A stretch of DNA of 64,000 nt from Narcine bancroftii (taxonomy: Eukaryota): NCBI RefSeq assembly GCF_036971445.1, contig NC_091481.1, positions 65,410,001 through 65,474,000 on the forward strand, given 5' to 3'. The notes below the pieces were generated by a model. It saw only the letters and a list, made by a program, of their open reading frames with translations, was not told the origin of the DNA and did no database searches. Positions 24,285 through 37,144 of the stretch are shown in pieces. Both the position numbers and the translations under genes were made by a program. The first letter of the stretch is position 1. Each line of letters begins with the position of its first letter.

Positions 24285-25003
24285 GGTTCAGAATTTATGG
24301 TCACGAACAAGTCATGAAATTCAGAGTTTTGCACCAGTGACATACTTGTACATCCATCTTCTACCATCTTGCTACATCACTGCAAGGAAAAAATAATAAA
24401 TACATAAATAATAGTTCACGAGAAGTAAGATGGTGCATTTGATTCATAAAATTATTGATTATCAGGAATCTGATGGCGGAGGGGAAGAAGCTGACCTTGT
24501 GCCACTGAGTGCTCATCTTCAGGCTCCTGTATCTTTTCCCCGAGGATAGCGAGTTTGAGAGAACGTGGCCTGGGTGGTTGGGGGGTCTTTGAGGATAGAG
24601 GCTGCTTTTTTAGGACACCGCCTCGTGTAGATGTCCTCGATGGAGTGAAGTCTGGTGCCTACGATGTCGCAGGCCGAGTTAACGATCCTCTGGAGTTTAT
24701 ACTTGTCCTGAGAGTTGGCATCTCCATACCAGGCTGTGATGCAACCGGCCAGAGTAATCTCCACTGTACACCCGTAGAAGTTTACAAGCGTCTCCTGTGA
24801 CATGCCGAATCTCCTCAGACACCTCGCAAAGTATAGCTGCTGGCAGCCTTCTTTGTGATTGCATCAACGTGATGGCCCCAGGACAGATCCTCGGAGATGT
24901 TGACAGCCAGAAGTTTGAAGCTCTCGACCCTCTCAACTACTGAGCCCTCGATGAAGACCAGGTTGTGTCCACAATCATCTCCTTGGTTTTGCGGACATTG
25001 AGA
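24285..25003 (-). mobile_element. Rex1/Babar-type LINE 3' fragment (GARIN intron)
   Basis: VERVESFKLLAV...NFYGCTVEITLAGCITAWYG. Confidence 0.85.
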
Positions 25004-25189
25004 ACCCTAGACTATTGATCTGGAGACAAGATCAAATCCAATTACCCTATTTAAGTAACAATGAATCAGAAGTGAAAAAATGCTCGTCCCAGTAATGGAA
25101 CCCTTGAGTGACTAGATTATTGTAAAAGCCCTCTGGCTCATTGCTTTTCAGGGAGGGAACTGCCTTCCTCTCCTGGATCTACGTTAACC

Positions 25190-25482
25190 CCAAATGAAAC
25201 ATGAATGTCTGAGACGCTGTGATTGTAGTTAAAAACACACAGAAATGCTGGATGAACTCAGCCAGTCTCGCAGCGTCCATAGGTGGTAAAGCTGTATTAC
25301 TGACGTTTCAGGCCTGAGCCCTTCCTCAAGGTAGCAAAGAGAGAAAGGTGTCTGAATAAAGACTGGAGAGAGAGAAAGAGGGGGAAAGAATGGGAGGGGG
25401 AGGGAGACCAACAAACAAAAGGTGTTAAGTGGATATCATAAGGAGGAAAGTGAGAATTGTTTGTGGCTCTGTGAAAGGGGAG

Positions 25483-25513
<31 letters not shown>

Positions 25514-25755
25514 CTGGGAGAAGAAGGCGTGGGGTTAATGGAAACCAGAGAAGATGATGTTAATGGGTTGGAGAGTGACCAAACAGAAGATGAGATGTTG
25601 TTACTCCAATTTGCAGATGGTCTCAGTCTGGCAGTGCATGAGATTTCTTCTCCCTTTCTCTTTCCAGTGTTTATTCGGATGCCTTCCTGTCTTTTGCTTT
25701 ACCTCCTATGGACACTGAGACGAGCTGAGTTCCTCCAGCATTTCTATGTGTTTTT
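25190..25755 (-). mobile_element. Penelope-like element with an inverted pseudo-LTR remnant
   Basis: LTR tgctggatgaactcagcc...gacgtttcaggcctgagcccttcctcaag, GIY-YIG remnant at 25560-25640, opposing arm gctgagttcctccagca at about 25723. Confidence 0.7.
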
Positions 25756-26203
25756 ATGATCTGTTACTCCCCAACATTCATCAATATTCTCTGCAGGCGT
25801 CGAGGAACACTGATGTTCCTAAGGCAAGCCCCAGTGGGCAGCTGATAACCTTGCCTCTGACATCCATCCTGTGGATGCTTGTATTTTATCAGAAAACCTG
25901 AGTGCGGATGTGATCCTTGTGGCCATAAGGACAGACAGACCATTCGACCCATCAAGTCTGCTCCACCATTAAAATCACAACTGATGTATTTTTCCTTAAC
26001 TCCATTTTCCAGCCTTCTCCCCATTTCCTTTGGCACCCTTGCTAATCAAGAACCCATCAACCTCTGCCCGTGACCTGGCCTCCACAGCCGTCTGTGGCAA
26101 CGAATTCCACAGATTCACCATCCCCTGGCTAAAGAAATTTCTCCTCAGCTCCATTCTAAAGGGATGTCCTTTTATTCGGAGACTGTGCTCTCTGGCCCTA
26201 GAT

Positions 26204-26576
26204 CAGAGGTTCTCAACCTCTTTCTTTCCACTCACGTCCCACTTAAAGTACTCCCTATGCCATCGGTGCTCTGTGATTAGAAAAGGAATTGTTTAAGGTG
26301 GATGTGGGTGGAAACAAAGTTTGAAAACCTGTTTTTTAGTTGTCCTTAATTGACTCGTTATGTGCAAGGTTTCATAACTCCAAAGGAAATGGGCCAATGA
26401 CAATTTTTCTCAAGCAAAATATTTCTGTAACAATTGGGTCTCGAGCAGTGATTCTCAACCTTCCCTTCCCACTCACATCCCACCTTAAGCGATCCCTTAC
26501 AAATCACAGAGCACCGATGGCAGAGGGATTACTTCAAGTGGGATGTGAGTGGAAAGAAAAAGGTTGAGAATCACTG
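26204..26576. mobile_element. hAT/Charlie-type MITE, compound palindrome (partial copy at about 21404-21510)
   Basis: TIRs CAGAGGTTCTCAACCT / AGGTTGAGAATCACTG. Two roughly 125-bp TIR-bounded units in inverted orientation. Confidence 0.8.
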
Positions 26577-26661
26577 GTATCAACTCTCCCTCGACTGGAA
26601 ACATCTTCTTCATGTCCATTCTATCAAAGCCCTTTCAATATTCAGTGTGCTTCAATGAGAT

Positions 26662-26964
26662 GAGAGTAAAACACAAAAGTCTGCTGACCCCGTGGTTGAA
26701 GTAAAAGCACAAAGCTGGAGAAACTCAGCAGGTCAAACAGAGTCCTTTATATAGCAAGGATGAAGATACAGAACCAGCGTTTTGGTCTTGAGCCCTTCAT
26801 TAAGGTATGAACAAAATGTAGCCAGGTACCCAAACAAAATGTTTTGCTAATTTTGCTAATTGCCCTGATGAAGGGCTCAAGACCAAAACGCTGGTTCTGT
26901 ATCTTCATCTTTGCTATATAAAGGACTCAGTTTGACCTGCTGAGTTTCTGCAGCATTGTGTTTT
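26662..26964. mobile_element. Penelope-derived palindromic mini-element
   Basis: Near-perfect inverted arms of about 100 bp (26703-26805 / 26862-26965), flanked by duplicated tgtg(c/t)ttcaatgagat. Confidence 0.8.
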
Positions 26965-27284
26965 TGTGTTTCAATGAGATCCCTCCCCACCTAATTCTCT
27001 GAGAGACCCAGAGCCATCAAATGCTCCTCGTCCATTAACCCTCTCCTCCCCAGGATCATTCTCCTAAAACCTCCTCCAGACCCCTCTCCATTACCATACG
27101 GGGGCCCAGAGCTGGCACGATCACATTGCTATTTTGGAGAACTTAATGTGTACAAGCCGACTGGGAGTTCCTACATTGCCAGCTGTGGCTCCACTTCCTG
27201 CATTAGCAACAGCATGTTTCAGGGTGTCCAAAAGGTTGTGAGAAAGATTTTGGAAATTAAAGGTTTCCAGTCTATTTTTATTTT

Positions 27285-28245
27285 TAAAAAAATTTAATTA
27301 AACATTTCCACCCCCCCCCTCCATTAAACGAACCTCTCCCTCTAAACAAGGTTAACTTGCCTATCTAATGTACATAGGAAACGAAGGATGATGTTTGGAA
27401 ACCAGACCAGATCAGGAACACCCTAATTCATTAAATTATGTTAATACTCCATGAATGGGCTCCACATCGTGTAGAAATTCACATCTTTTAATATATAATC
27501 TGATATTTTTTTTCTCTCAACTTAGGAAGGACATGACCTCCTATAGTCATTGAGTATGAGTAGGTGGGGTACTGTCTTTCCCTTTCATCAAAATGGCCCG
27601 TCATGCTATCAATTAAGGGGCTTGGGTCTAATTTGACCTTAAAAATGATTTGAATTTTTAAAAATATTTTTAACCATACATGCATTCAAATATATTTCAA
27701 AATACAGATGCAATAACGTATTCAATAACAAATACATGATGACAATACCCCAACACTCCCCCCCCAACCCCTCCACAGTCCCAAGGAAAGATAAAAGAAA
27801 AATGTATAGAATTAAGTGTGAAAATAGAAAGAAAGGATACGAATGAACTGATGAAAGTGTTAAGTCCCATTTGGTCAAAAATTCACACCTATTTCATCGT
27901 TAATAGGGTCTCACATCCATCTTAAAAGCTAAGAAGAACATTTAGAAATGCAAAAAAATTCAAAATTTAACCCTATTCTTTGTAAATATGGGTGCCAAAT
28001 TTATAAAACTATCAGATTTTTCCTCAAATTATATGTAATTTAAATTGTATGTAACCCTTGAAAATGATTGATAAACGTTAGAAATAATTTTTCCAAAAGT
28101 TTTATAAATTAGGGCAAGTCCAAAATGTGGATCAAAGAAGCCTCAAAAATTTTACGTTTATCACATATTGGATTAATATCAGAATAGAAGTGAGATGGTT
28201 TAACTTTTGAAATATGTGCTCTATGCACCATTGTGAGTTGCAACC
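27285..28245 (-). mobile_element. L1-clade LINE 3' fragments (AT-rich)
   Basis: The - strand has LTMVHRAHISKVK.SHFYSDINPICDK; related to 63050-64000. Confidence 0.6.
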
Positions 28246-28293
28246 CGTTTCCAGTTTTGAAAGCTAGGATTGACTGAATTCCATCTCTCGCAG

Positions 28294-28481
28294 GTGACGA
28301 AAAAGGGGGAGGTCCTAAACATTCATAATCAGGTTATCGTGGTGACAGTAGGAGTGACCTCCACCAGCCCAAACTTTTCCCTCCCAAATGTCATGCTGCT
28401 TGCCCGGCCTATCAACGTCTTGAGGGAGATGATGTGCAACTGCCAGGTTACGGTTGACAGATGCCCCATGGAACTCACGAG
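28294..28481 (+). CDS. GARIN/FAM71-family gene, coding exon 2
   Basis: Acceptor ctctcgcAG, donor AG|GTAAGA, 188 nt (phase 0 to 2). Encodes VTKKGEVLNIHNQVIVVTVGVTSTSPNFSLPNVMLLARP...MELTR, typical of FAM71. Confidence 0.92.
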
Positions 28482-28644
28482 GTAAGAAAGAGGTCTTCTG
28501 CGGAGCCTCAGTGACAATCGATAGCCAGTGAAATGGTGGGGGGTGGGTGCAAGGGGGGGGGGGGTAGTAGGTGAGGTAAAGCAAGTCAGTTGGATTTGAC
28601 AACATTGTAGGAAAATAAGAACTGATGTCTCAAATGGCGTAACA

Positions 28645-28970
28645 TCACAAAATATAGGAGCAGAAGTCGGCCCATTGGGCCATCGAGTCTGCTCAGCCAT
28701 TCTAATCATGAGCTGATCCATCCTCCCACTTGGCCCCACTCCTGGCCTTCTCCCCGTGACCCTTGAGGCCGAATGATCAAATACCTGTCAATCTCCACCT
28801 TAAATCCACCCAATGACCTCACTTCCACGGCCGCCTGTGGCAACAAGTTCCACAGACTCACAACCTTCTGACTAAAGAAATTTTTCTGCATCTGTTTTAA
28901 ATTGAGGCCCTTTTTTTCCTGAATCTCTTGTCCTAGACTCCCCTATCACAGGGCACATCCTGGCTACATC
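28645..28970 (-). mobile_element. CR1 3' fragment
   Basis: KNFFSQKVVSLWNLLPQAAVEVRSLGGFKVEIDRYL. Similar copies at about 43965-44235 and 50478-50640. Confidence 0.8.
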
Positions 28971-29449
28971 TGGTTCACCTCAGGTATCAAATCAACACAG
29001 GTGTTGACTGTGAAACACACCCATGCATGAGGCTAATAATGATGGATTGTTCTTATTCATTTTGGGGAGGGAGGGGTTTGGAAATTACAGGCAGAATCCT
29101 GCAGAAGGTGAGGGTGAGCTACCTTCTGGAGGCACGGCAGTCCTTTTGGTGAAGGGGGAATTCCTCGGAGCTGTTGGGGAGGGAGTTCCAGAATTTAGAC
29201 CCAGCAAAGGTCTGCCAGATATTTCCATGTCAGGACGGTGTGTGAGTTGGAGGTGGACCTGTAAGGGGTCGTTTTGCCCATGTATCCCTTTCTGGTGGGA
29301 AAGTTTAGGAGGTGCTGTCAGAATCACTTGGCGAAGTAACTGATGGGCATTTTGTAGGTGGCGCACACAGCAGCCCCTGTGCCAGCAGTGCCGGAGGGAG
29401 TGTTTAAGGTGCCAGTTTGCTGAAGCTTCTTTAGAGTTGTCAGAGCTGT

Positions 29450-30537
29450 ACACACTGGCTCTTGTTCATTGACTTCTGCATGGTGTTTAATCCGATCATT
29501 CCCCAGAGGCTGGTGAAGAAGCCATCCTTGCTGGGACTCAACACCCCTCTCTATAACAGGATTCTGATCTTCCCAACGGAAAAACCACAGCAGAATGTTG
29601 AGCACTGGCGCACCTCAGGGCTGGATGTTCAGCCCACTCCTGTTCACGCTACTGATCCAAGATGGCAACACCAGATCCAGCTCCAACAGTGTCATCGAGT
29701 TTGCAGATGGCACCACAGTCGTTGGCCTCATCAGCAACTATGATGAGTCGCGCTACAGAGAAGAGGTGAAAAATCTCATGACATGGTGCAAGAGTAAGAT
29801 AGACAAGACAAAGACGATGACCAGGAATGACCACCCTCCATTGCACATCAACTCTGTAGTGGAGAGCACCAAGTTCCTTGGAGTTCACTTCACAAGTGGA
29901 CACTCAACATCTCCTCACTTGCCAGGAAGGCCCAACAGCGACTGCACTTACTGAGAAAACTGAAGCGGGCAACACTACTGGTCATCGTTATATCACCCTT
30001 CTATAAGAAGTATATTGAGAATGTTCTGTCTGACTGCATCACAGTGTGGTACAGTTGCTGTAGAGAAATGGATCAGAGGTCAATCCACAGGAGCATAAGA
30101 ATGGTTGAGAGGATCACTGGAGTCTCCCTAACCCCAAGCCACATCAACGCGATCTACTGGGATTGCTGTCTGAAGAGGGCGTGCAAAATCACTGAGGACC
30201 TCTCCCACCCTGCACAGCATCTTTCAGCTGCTCCCATCAGGGAAGAGTTACAGGAGTATCGGAGCCAGCACCACCAGGCTGAGGAACAGCTTCTTCCCAC
30301 GGACAGTGAGAACGCTGAACAACCAAAGGAACTGCTCGCACTCGCCATCCGAGACTCTCATATTTTAAAAAAATATATTTCTTTATTTGTTTGTGTGAAT
30401 ACATGTCCTGCATATGTATTATTTGTCTGTATGTGTGTTTAGTCTGGTTGTGTGTCTGCATGTTTTGCACTGAGGATTGGAGAACTCTGTTTCATCGGAT
30501 TGTACTTGTCCAATCTGATGACAATAAACTTGACTTG
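29450..30537 (+). mobile_element. Rex1/Babar-type LINE RT fragment
   Basis: [13 protein letters not shown]...[15 protein letters not shown]...[10 protein letters not shown], tail acaataaacttgacttga. Confidence 0.85.
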
Positions 30538-33500
30538 ATACAAGTGGAGAGCATTCCATCATACACTTGACCAGTGAGTGAGAAAGATATTTCCATAGGT
30601 GAGTACTATACAAGATAGCCTGCACTTACAACCGCAATATTTATCAGGGGTAAACACACAGCATGGAAACAGACCCCTTGGCTTAGTGAGTCCATGTTAA
30701 GCTTCATATCCCCATTTATACTAATCCCACTCAACATTTCCTGCATTCTGACGACTCCCCCACCTCCATCCCACATTCCATCCTATACCTCACAATGCAG
30801 TGGGCAAATAATCTAACCAGCACATCAGGTTTGGAATTGCGATGAAGCTGCTTTGAGTTTTTAATTTTCCTTGTGTTGTCAAGTGTTTTAAGGAACTGCT
30901 TACCTCAATGTCCTGGAAGGGATGGCCCAATTGGGAAACTCCCAGACTCCCTTCTCCTCCCCCTGTGACTCCATACCACTGCATTCCCCCCTCAGTCAAA
31001 CACCAACCCCTCTATGCGATTAAGACCTTTGATTAGCTACTTGCATTTCTTCCCTATCAAATAATTTGTGTTCCAGTTTGAGGGCCTAAGGGATAAAAAT
31101 ATTTCATTCCAGATGCCTGAACCTACACTCCTATTCCCAACAACCTGTCCATATGGAGCAGACTACACAATAACCCTCAGCGTTCCTGATCCTTTTAACC
31201 AAGACCCTTTTGACTTGGAGAAACTCTGAGTGGTCTTGCATGATATCCACTAGCTTCTTCAAATGTGGAGCAAGAGAAAGAGTAATCCTAAATTTGGATA
31301 GGTACAGAGGGCTATGGACTGGGTGTGGGTCGGTGGGACTAGGCAGACAAATAGTTTGGTACAAACGAGAAGGGCTGTGCTGCAATATTCAATGGCTCTA
31401 TGTCTTTGGGATGTGGGAGGGAACCAGAGAGGCGAAGGAAAACCCATGGAGTTAGAAGTGGAACATGCAAACCCCAGACACTCAGCAGCAGAGGTCACGA
31501 GGAAGGATCTCCACCAGGTGTGCCACCTTCCGTGCGGCTGGTTCAGTCCTGGTCAATAGTGGGTTACCCCTGGGATGTGGATGGTGACATCTAGTGACAG
31601 AAATGTCTTGGAATGCTTATGGTTAGTTCTCTCTTTCTCTCTCTTCCTCTGACCCCCCCGCCCCCCTCCCCCCCCCCCCCCCAACATTGAGATAGCCATT
31701 GGGCTTCTGCGGAGCAAACTTTTTTTAAAAATTTAGACATACAGCACACTAACAGGCCCACAAACCCATGGTTCCCAAATACACCAATTAACCGACAATG
31801 CTGAACATCCTTGGAACGAGGGAGGAAACTGAAGCACCAGGAGATGACAAGGAGAATGCACGAACTCCTTACATTGGATTTTTCTTTTGGGCAAGCATGG
31901 CTTTGTTATGTGCACATGGGCAAGAGAGAACCGGTTGGTGACAGTAGGACATGCTGAAGCATGAACCATCTTCCCGACTGTAGCCATTGTGCAAATCGAC
32001 CATTTGGTTGGCAGCAACAGCTGGATGACTTGATGCTGCCAAACAAGAAAACACTTTACTACGAGACAGGAGGGAGCGGAGTGACACCAGCTGTGCAGAC
32101 GGGGAGAGCTGCTCAGGCTGGTTACATTGGAACTCTAAGTCTGTAGGGTAATCATGAGCCAGGTCTCCCGTTCAGCGGCACTTGCTTCTGGTTTCCCACA
32201 GCTCTCCGTTCTTCCCGTCCAGTTCCTTCTCTACCTGCAGTTCTCCTGAGAACTCTTTCCCCCCCCCTCCCCCAAACCCCTGTATAACCCTTGTATGTCA
32301 CCCACTATTTTTGACCCAGGCCAGCAAATGGTTAGGTCCCAACATTAGGACCTAACTACCAAGTTCCTCCACCACCAAACTCCGCAACAACAGTCTCAAT
32401 CAGAGACTCATTTAAGGACTCTTGCATTTTATTGATTTGTTTTCCTCTCTGTATTGCACAGTCAGTTTGCTTACATTTTTTATGTTTACATGTTCGTTGA
32501 GTGGTTTTTTTTCTGCACTACCACCAATAAGAGATGATTTTGCTGCACGCACAGGAAAAAAGAATCTCAGGGTTGCATGTGATGTCATGTACGTACTGAC
32601 AATAAATCTGAAATCTAGATATCAGCAATGATTACTGCTTGAAAGCAGTTCCACACCAAGGATTACATCACACAACAGTCTGACCTCCGTACTGATGCAG
32701 AAATGTTTAAGGTGGGAAGTTCCTCTGTCTGTCTGCCCGACTCTATAAACTTCTCCTAACAAAGGAGGAAAGTTGTCCTCTGAATTATCAACTAATTTCC
32801 TGTCTGAAACATCAAACTCCCAAAACACCCCCCAATTCTCCCCGCCTCTCCCTCCTGCTCCACTCTGAGCAAGATTTTTGGCAGAATGCCCTTCACAGCT
32901 TTAGCGGTTTCCTATACGTACTGTGTTGGTGCTCAAGAGGTAGGGCCATTGTGATCTGTGGATGACTGGGCATAGTTCCTCTCAATATTTCCCCTTTAGC
33001 CCTGGTTTAAGATTATTTGTTTCTTCACGATCTGTGTAGCTAGCAGGAGAGGATTTACTACCCTCTTCCTGAAGTTAAGAACAATGGAGGAATATACAGA
33101 GATAAGATATACAGTAAAGCCCCTGGTATCCAGTGACTATGGTAAATGCCGGATCTAGATAAATGTATTTTCTAGTTGCTTGAGATTTTCTCTTACAATA
33201 TCTAACTAATACACTTGCATTAAGAATAAACAGTTTAAAAGACAAAAATACTAGACTGTACTTGCACCAAACAAACTTTGCTTGCATGAATATATAAACC
33301 TTAAAGCATTTTACTTTATTTTCAGTCACATCCTTTGAAAACATTTAACCATTCCTTCTCCATCACTGAACCTACCGAAAGAGGAACAATAACGTAATAG
33401 AGAATTATCCTTCACCCCCCCCCAATGTTTACAGATAAAGCCTCTGACTAAGCAGGGATAAGGAGACACTTGAAGAGACACCCCAATGGCGAGCGGCATC

Positions 33501-33976
33501 ATTCAGCTCTTCATCCTGGGCGACACCATTGCACAACTTTATTCAAGCAGCTACTATGGCCAAACCGCGACCAAGGCTCTCTGTTGGCTGTGTAACTTCA
33601 GATAACATTTTCGTCTGCCATAAGGCAGACAGGTTCGCCATCAGAATTTTTCTGAAGCTCCTCTTACAGTCAGAGAAAGAGAAGCAAGAGTTTCCTCAAA
33701 GTCACCACGTGTCAATGGATTCACATCCAGCACCTCCCGCAGCCCCCACAGCCGCACTGTCCAGTCCAAACTATCAGCAACTAAATCCTCACTCTCTGTA
33801 TTTCTCCTTCTCCTTCCCTCAATCTATTTTCTTTTATTCCCAATCTCCCTCCTTTCCATTAGAAAGGCTGCTCCTGGTCATTGTGTTGTAGATGTGACTA
33901 TCCCTTCCACGGTTTGGCATCGGTAGTTACCGAACGGGAATTGCTGACTGTGGTTCAGTCTGTGTTTCTCCAACAG

Positions 33977-34274
33977 GCTCTTCCCCCTGAGTTTCGTCAA
34001 CATCTCCATCCACGACGTCTACAACAGACGGTTGCGACTGAAGCTGGCCAATGGTCGGACCTTCTACCTCCAGCTCTACGTTCACCCAGAATGTGAGAAC
34101 AGGGTGTTTGAGCGCTGGATGAAGCTGGTGACCCTCCTCCACGCCAACCCAGAGGAGGTGTACGGCTATGAGGCTGTGACACCCGAGATTGAGTGCATCC
34201 TGGAACAAGGCAGTGTGGAGACCTCTGTCACTGAACTCTCAGAATGGCAACTGGAACCTCCTGAGATGTCACCG
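33977..34274 (+). CDS. GARIN/FAM71-family gene, coding exon 3 (DUF3699 core)
   Basis: Acceptor tttctccaacAG, donor CCG|GTAGGT, 298 nt (phase 2 to 0). Encodes LFPLSFVNISIHDVYNRRLRLKLANGRTFYLQL...VFERWMKLV, the FAM71 'LKLATGRSFYLQL' motif. Confidence 0.92.
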
Positions 34275-35309
34275 GTAGGTCCTGGGCTTTGGTCAATGGT
34301 AGATAGATGCTCCTTTGAAAACCAGGCCATTACCACCCATCGAGCTGCCATCCTCTTGGTTCTTCTCCCTCATCCCTCTCCCTAGGCATCCTTCTCATCT
34401 GGATGCGATTCATTAGAATCAATTCCTTGCCCCTACTCCATTCCACCCCACTTGTATTCTCTCCTCTAGAAGAAACCCATTCGATTCCAGTCAAATGAAC
34501 ACAGTTCAAGCCACCAGGCTCACCAATAACCTCATCTGCAGGGCTGGATTAAGGTCAACTGATGCCTTAAGCACAGCCCAACAATGGTTCCCCCTCACCC
34601 TTCCATTGTCTAACTTATTAAGCCTCAATAAGTGCTGAATGTGAAACAATAGATTAAAAATTCAGTTTTCTTCTACGCCAGACCCCTAATATATATTTGT
34701 CTCTCAGTCTATTCTCCACGCAAATCAATATGGAGCACACTAGAAATGTCCAATGGGGTTTCAGCAGAGGTAACATTTGATGCTGAATGTCATGACCACA
34801 TTGAATTTAACCTTTTTGGTCATATGTTCATTACCGTGCTGTGCATTTATGTACATTCAGAATAAAAACAAGTGGCCAAACCCAGTTCAATATGGGCCCA
34901 AAAGAGCGAACCAACATTGGCTGAAGCTCTTCACAGCAGAGGAAACAATTCAATACTCAACTCAATCCAGCAATCGTTTCCTTGCTCAAACCACAGTTCC
35001 AACTCAGCACTGAGACCCAAGGAGATGCTGACCCCTCTCAGATGATTTTGCAGTTGCCATGGGCCCTTTTTGAGCTGGAGTCGAGCCTGCCTTGCTTCCT
35101 GACCAATATGAAACATTCAGCCAATCCGTCAGGAGAAAGATATTTTCTAGTGACCTGCTGTGCTGGAATCTTGTGGTGCACACGTCGGCTATCCTGTTTC
35201 CTCAACCACAAATGGAATGAGGTTGGAGCTCGTGGGTGAATACTGAAGGAGTGAAAGGCACTCATTTAAGTTTTTATTTACTTCATTAAAACAAAACCCC
35301 TCGCTATTT

Positions 35310-36875
35310 TAAATTGTTTATTGTAATCTGATTGTACAAGTACAATATGACAAAACAGCATTCTCCGGTCCTCGGTGCAAAACACACAGACACACAACCA
35401 GACATAACATGCATACAGATACACAATATATATATATATATGCAGGACAAGTATTCATCTGTACAAATAAATAAATAGTTTAGTGAATATGAGAGTCTTG
35501 GAGGGTTAGTATGAGCAGTTCCTTTGGTCGTTCAGCATTCTCACTGCCTGTGGGAAGAAGCTTGGTTCTGGCTCTGATCCTCCTGTATCTCTTTCTTGAC
35601 GGGAGCAGCTGAAAGATGCTGCGTGCAGGGTGGAAGGGGTCCTCCATGAATTTGTGCACCCTCTTTAGGCAACGATCACGTTGATAGGACGGAGGGAGAC
35701 TCCAGTGATCCTCTCTGCTACTTTTAAGGTCCTGTGGATTGACCTCCAATCAATTTCTCTACAGCAAAAGTTCCACACTGTGATGCTACCGAACAACAGT
35801 ATGTTTTGACTGCCAAATCACCCAGTATCTGTTGTAATGTGGGAAACTTGAGTCAATATGATAACATTTCTAGCAATGTTCAATATTGCGAAGGTCAGTT
35901 GGGATAAATGTTCTTTGAAATTGTGCTTCCCTCAGACTAGTCCAGTGAGGATTGTTAGGAACATCTCCATCAGAACCAGAGCACCACAGGGCTGCGTTCT
36001 TAGCCCCCCCTGTTCTACTAGCTATGACTGTAGCATGACTGCACCACCACCATCTACAAATTCGCTGATGACACCACAGTGAAGGGTCGCACAAAAAAGG
36101 AGCAATGAGTCAACATAGAGGGAGATTGAACACTTGGCTGAACGGTGCACCAACAACCTCGCACTCAATGTCATCAAAACCAAGGAGCTGATTGACTTCA
36201 GGAAGGGAAATACCAGAGGTGTACGATCCATTGATTATTTATAGGGATCAGAGTTGAAAGTGAGCAAATTTGAGTTCTTGGAGGATCTTTCCTGGACCCA
36301 ACACACCAATGGCATCGTGAAGAAAGCACGTCAGCACCTCTACTTCCTCAGGAGTTTGGTACGACAGCGGAAACCCTTGAAAATTTCTACAAATGTGTGG
36401 TGGAAAGTGTGCTGACCGGTTGCATCACAGTATGGGGACCAATACCCCTGAGAGTAAATCCCTGCAAAAGGTAGTGGACACAGTCCAGGACATTACAGGC
36501 AAAACCCTCCTCACCTTCAAGAGCATCTACGGGAAACACTGCCGTTGGAGAGCAGCAGCGATCGTCAAGGATCCACCCACCCAGCACACGCTCTATTCTC
36601 ACTGCTGCCATCAGGAAAGAGGTATCGGTGCCACAAGACTCGCACCATCAGCTGCTCCCCCTCCACCATCAACTACAAACTCAATCAGAGACTTGTTTAA
36701 GGACTTACTTATACACTTATTGAATTTTTTCTCTCAGTTTGTTTACATTTCTTTCTTTATTTACATGTGCACATTGCATTTTTTTTTGCACTGCCAATAA
36801 GTGGTAATTCTGCCTCACCCTCAGTTTTGTAAGTGATGTCATTCAAACATATACTCTTGTCAATAAATCTGAAAT
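35310..36875. mobile_element. Two Rex1/Babar-type fragments (35310-35790 on -, 35945-36875 on +)
   Basis: DPFHPARSIFQLLPSRKRYR on -, and RAPQGCVLSP...YKFADDTTV on +. Confidence 0.8.
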
Positions 36876-37144
36876 TAAAAAAAAGCCAATTGCTCAAATC
36901 TCCCCACTTCAGGTCCCTCCCTGAGAACCAACCTACAAACTCCCTTCTCAGAACCTTTCTTGACGCCCAAGCTTATTTCTTTTTGGGTTGTTGCCTTTGA
37001 GGTATTGAGTCACTTGATGTGAGGGAGGATGGGGAATAGGAAGTGGTAGGGGAGGATTAGACGATGGAGGAGTGAGAACTGGAGGGTGAGGTGGATTGGA
37101 TTGTGCATAGGGTTGATGGGATTTGTGGAGAGGGGAGACTAAAA

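Larger units (their letters stand above)
25925..27120 (-). mobile_element. CR1 fragment hosting two nested insertions
   Basis: CR1 sequence continues across 26204-26576 and 26662-26964. Confidence 0.8.
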
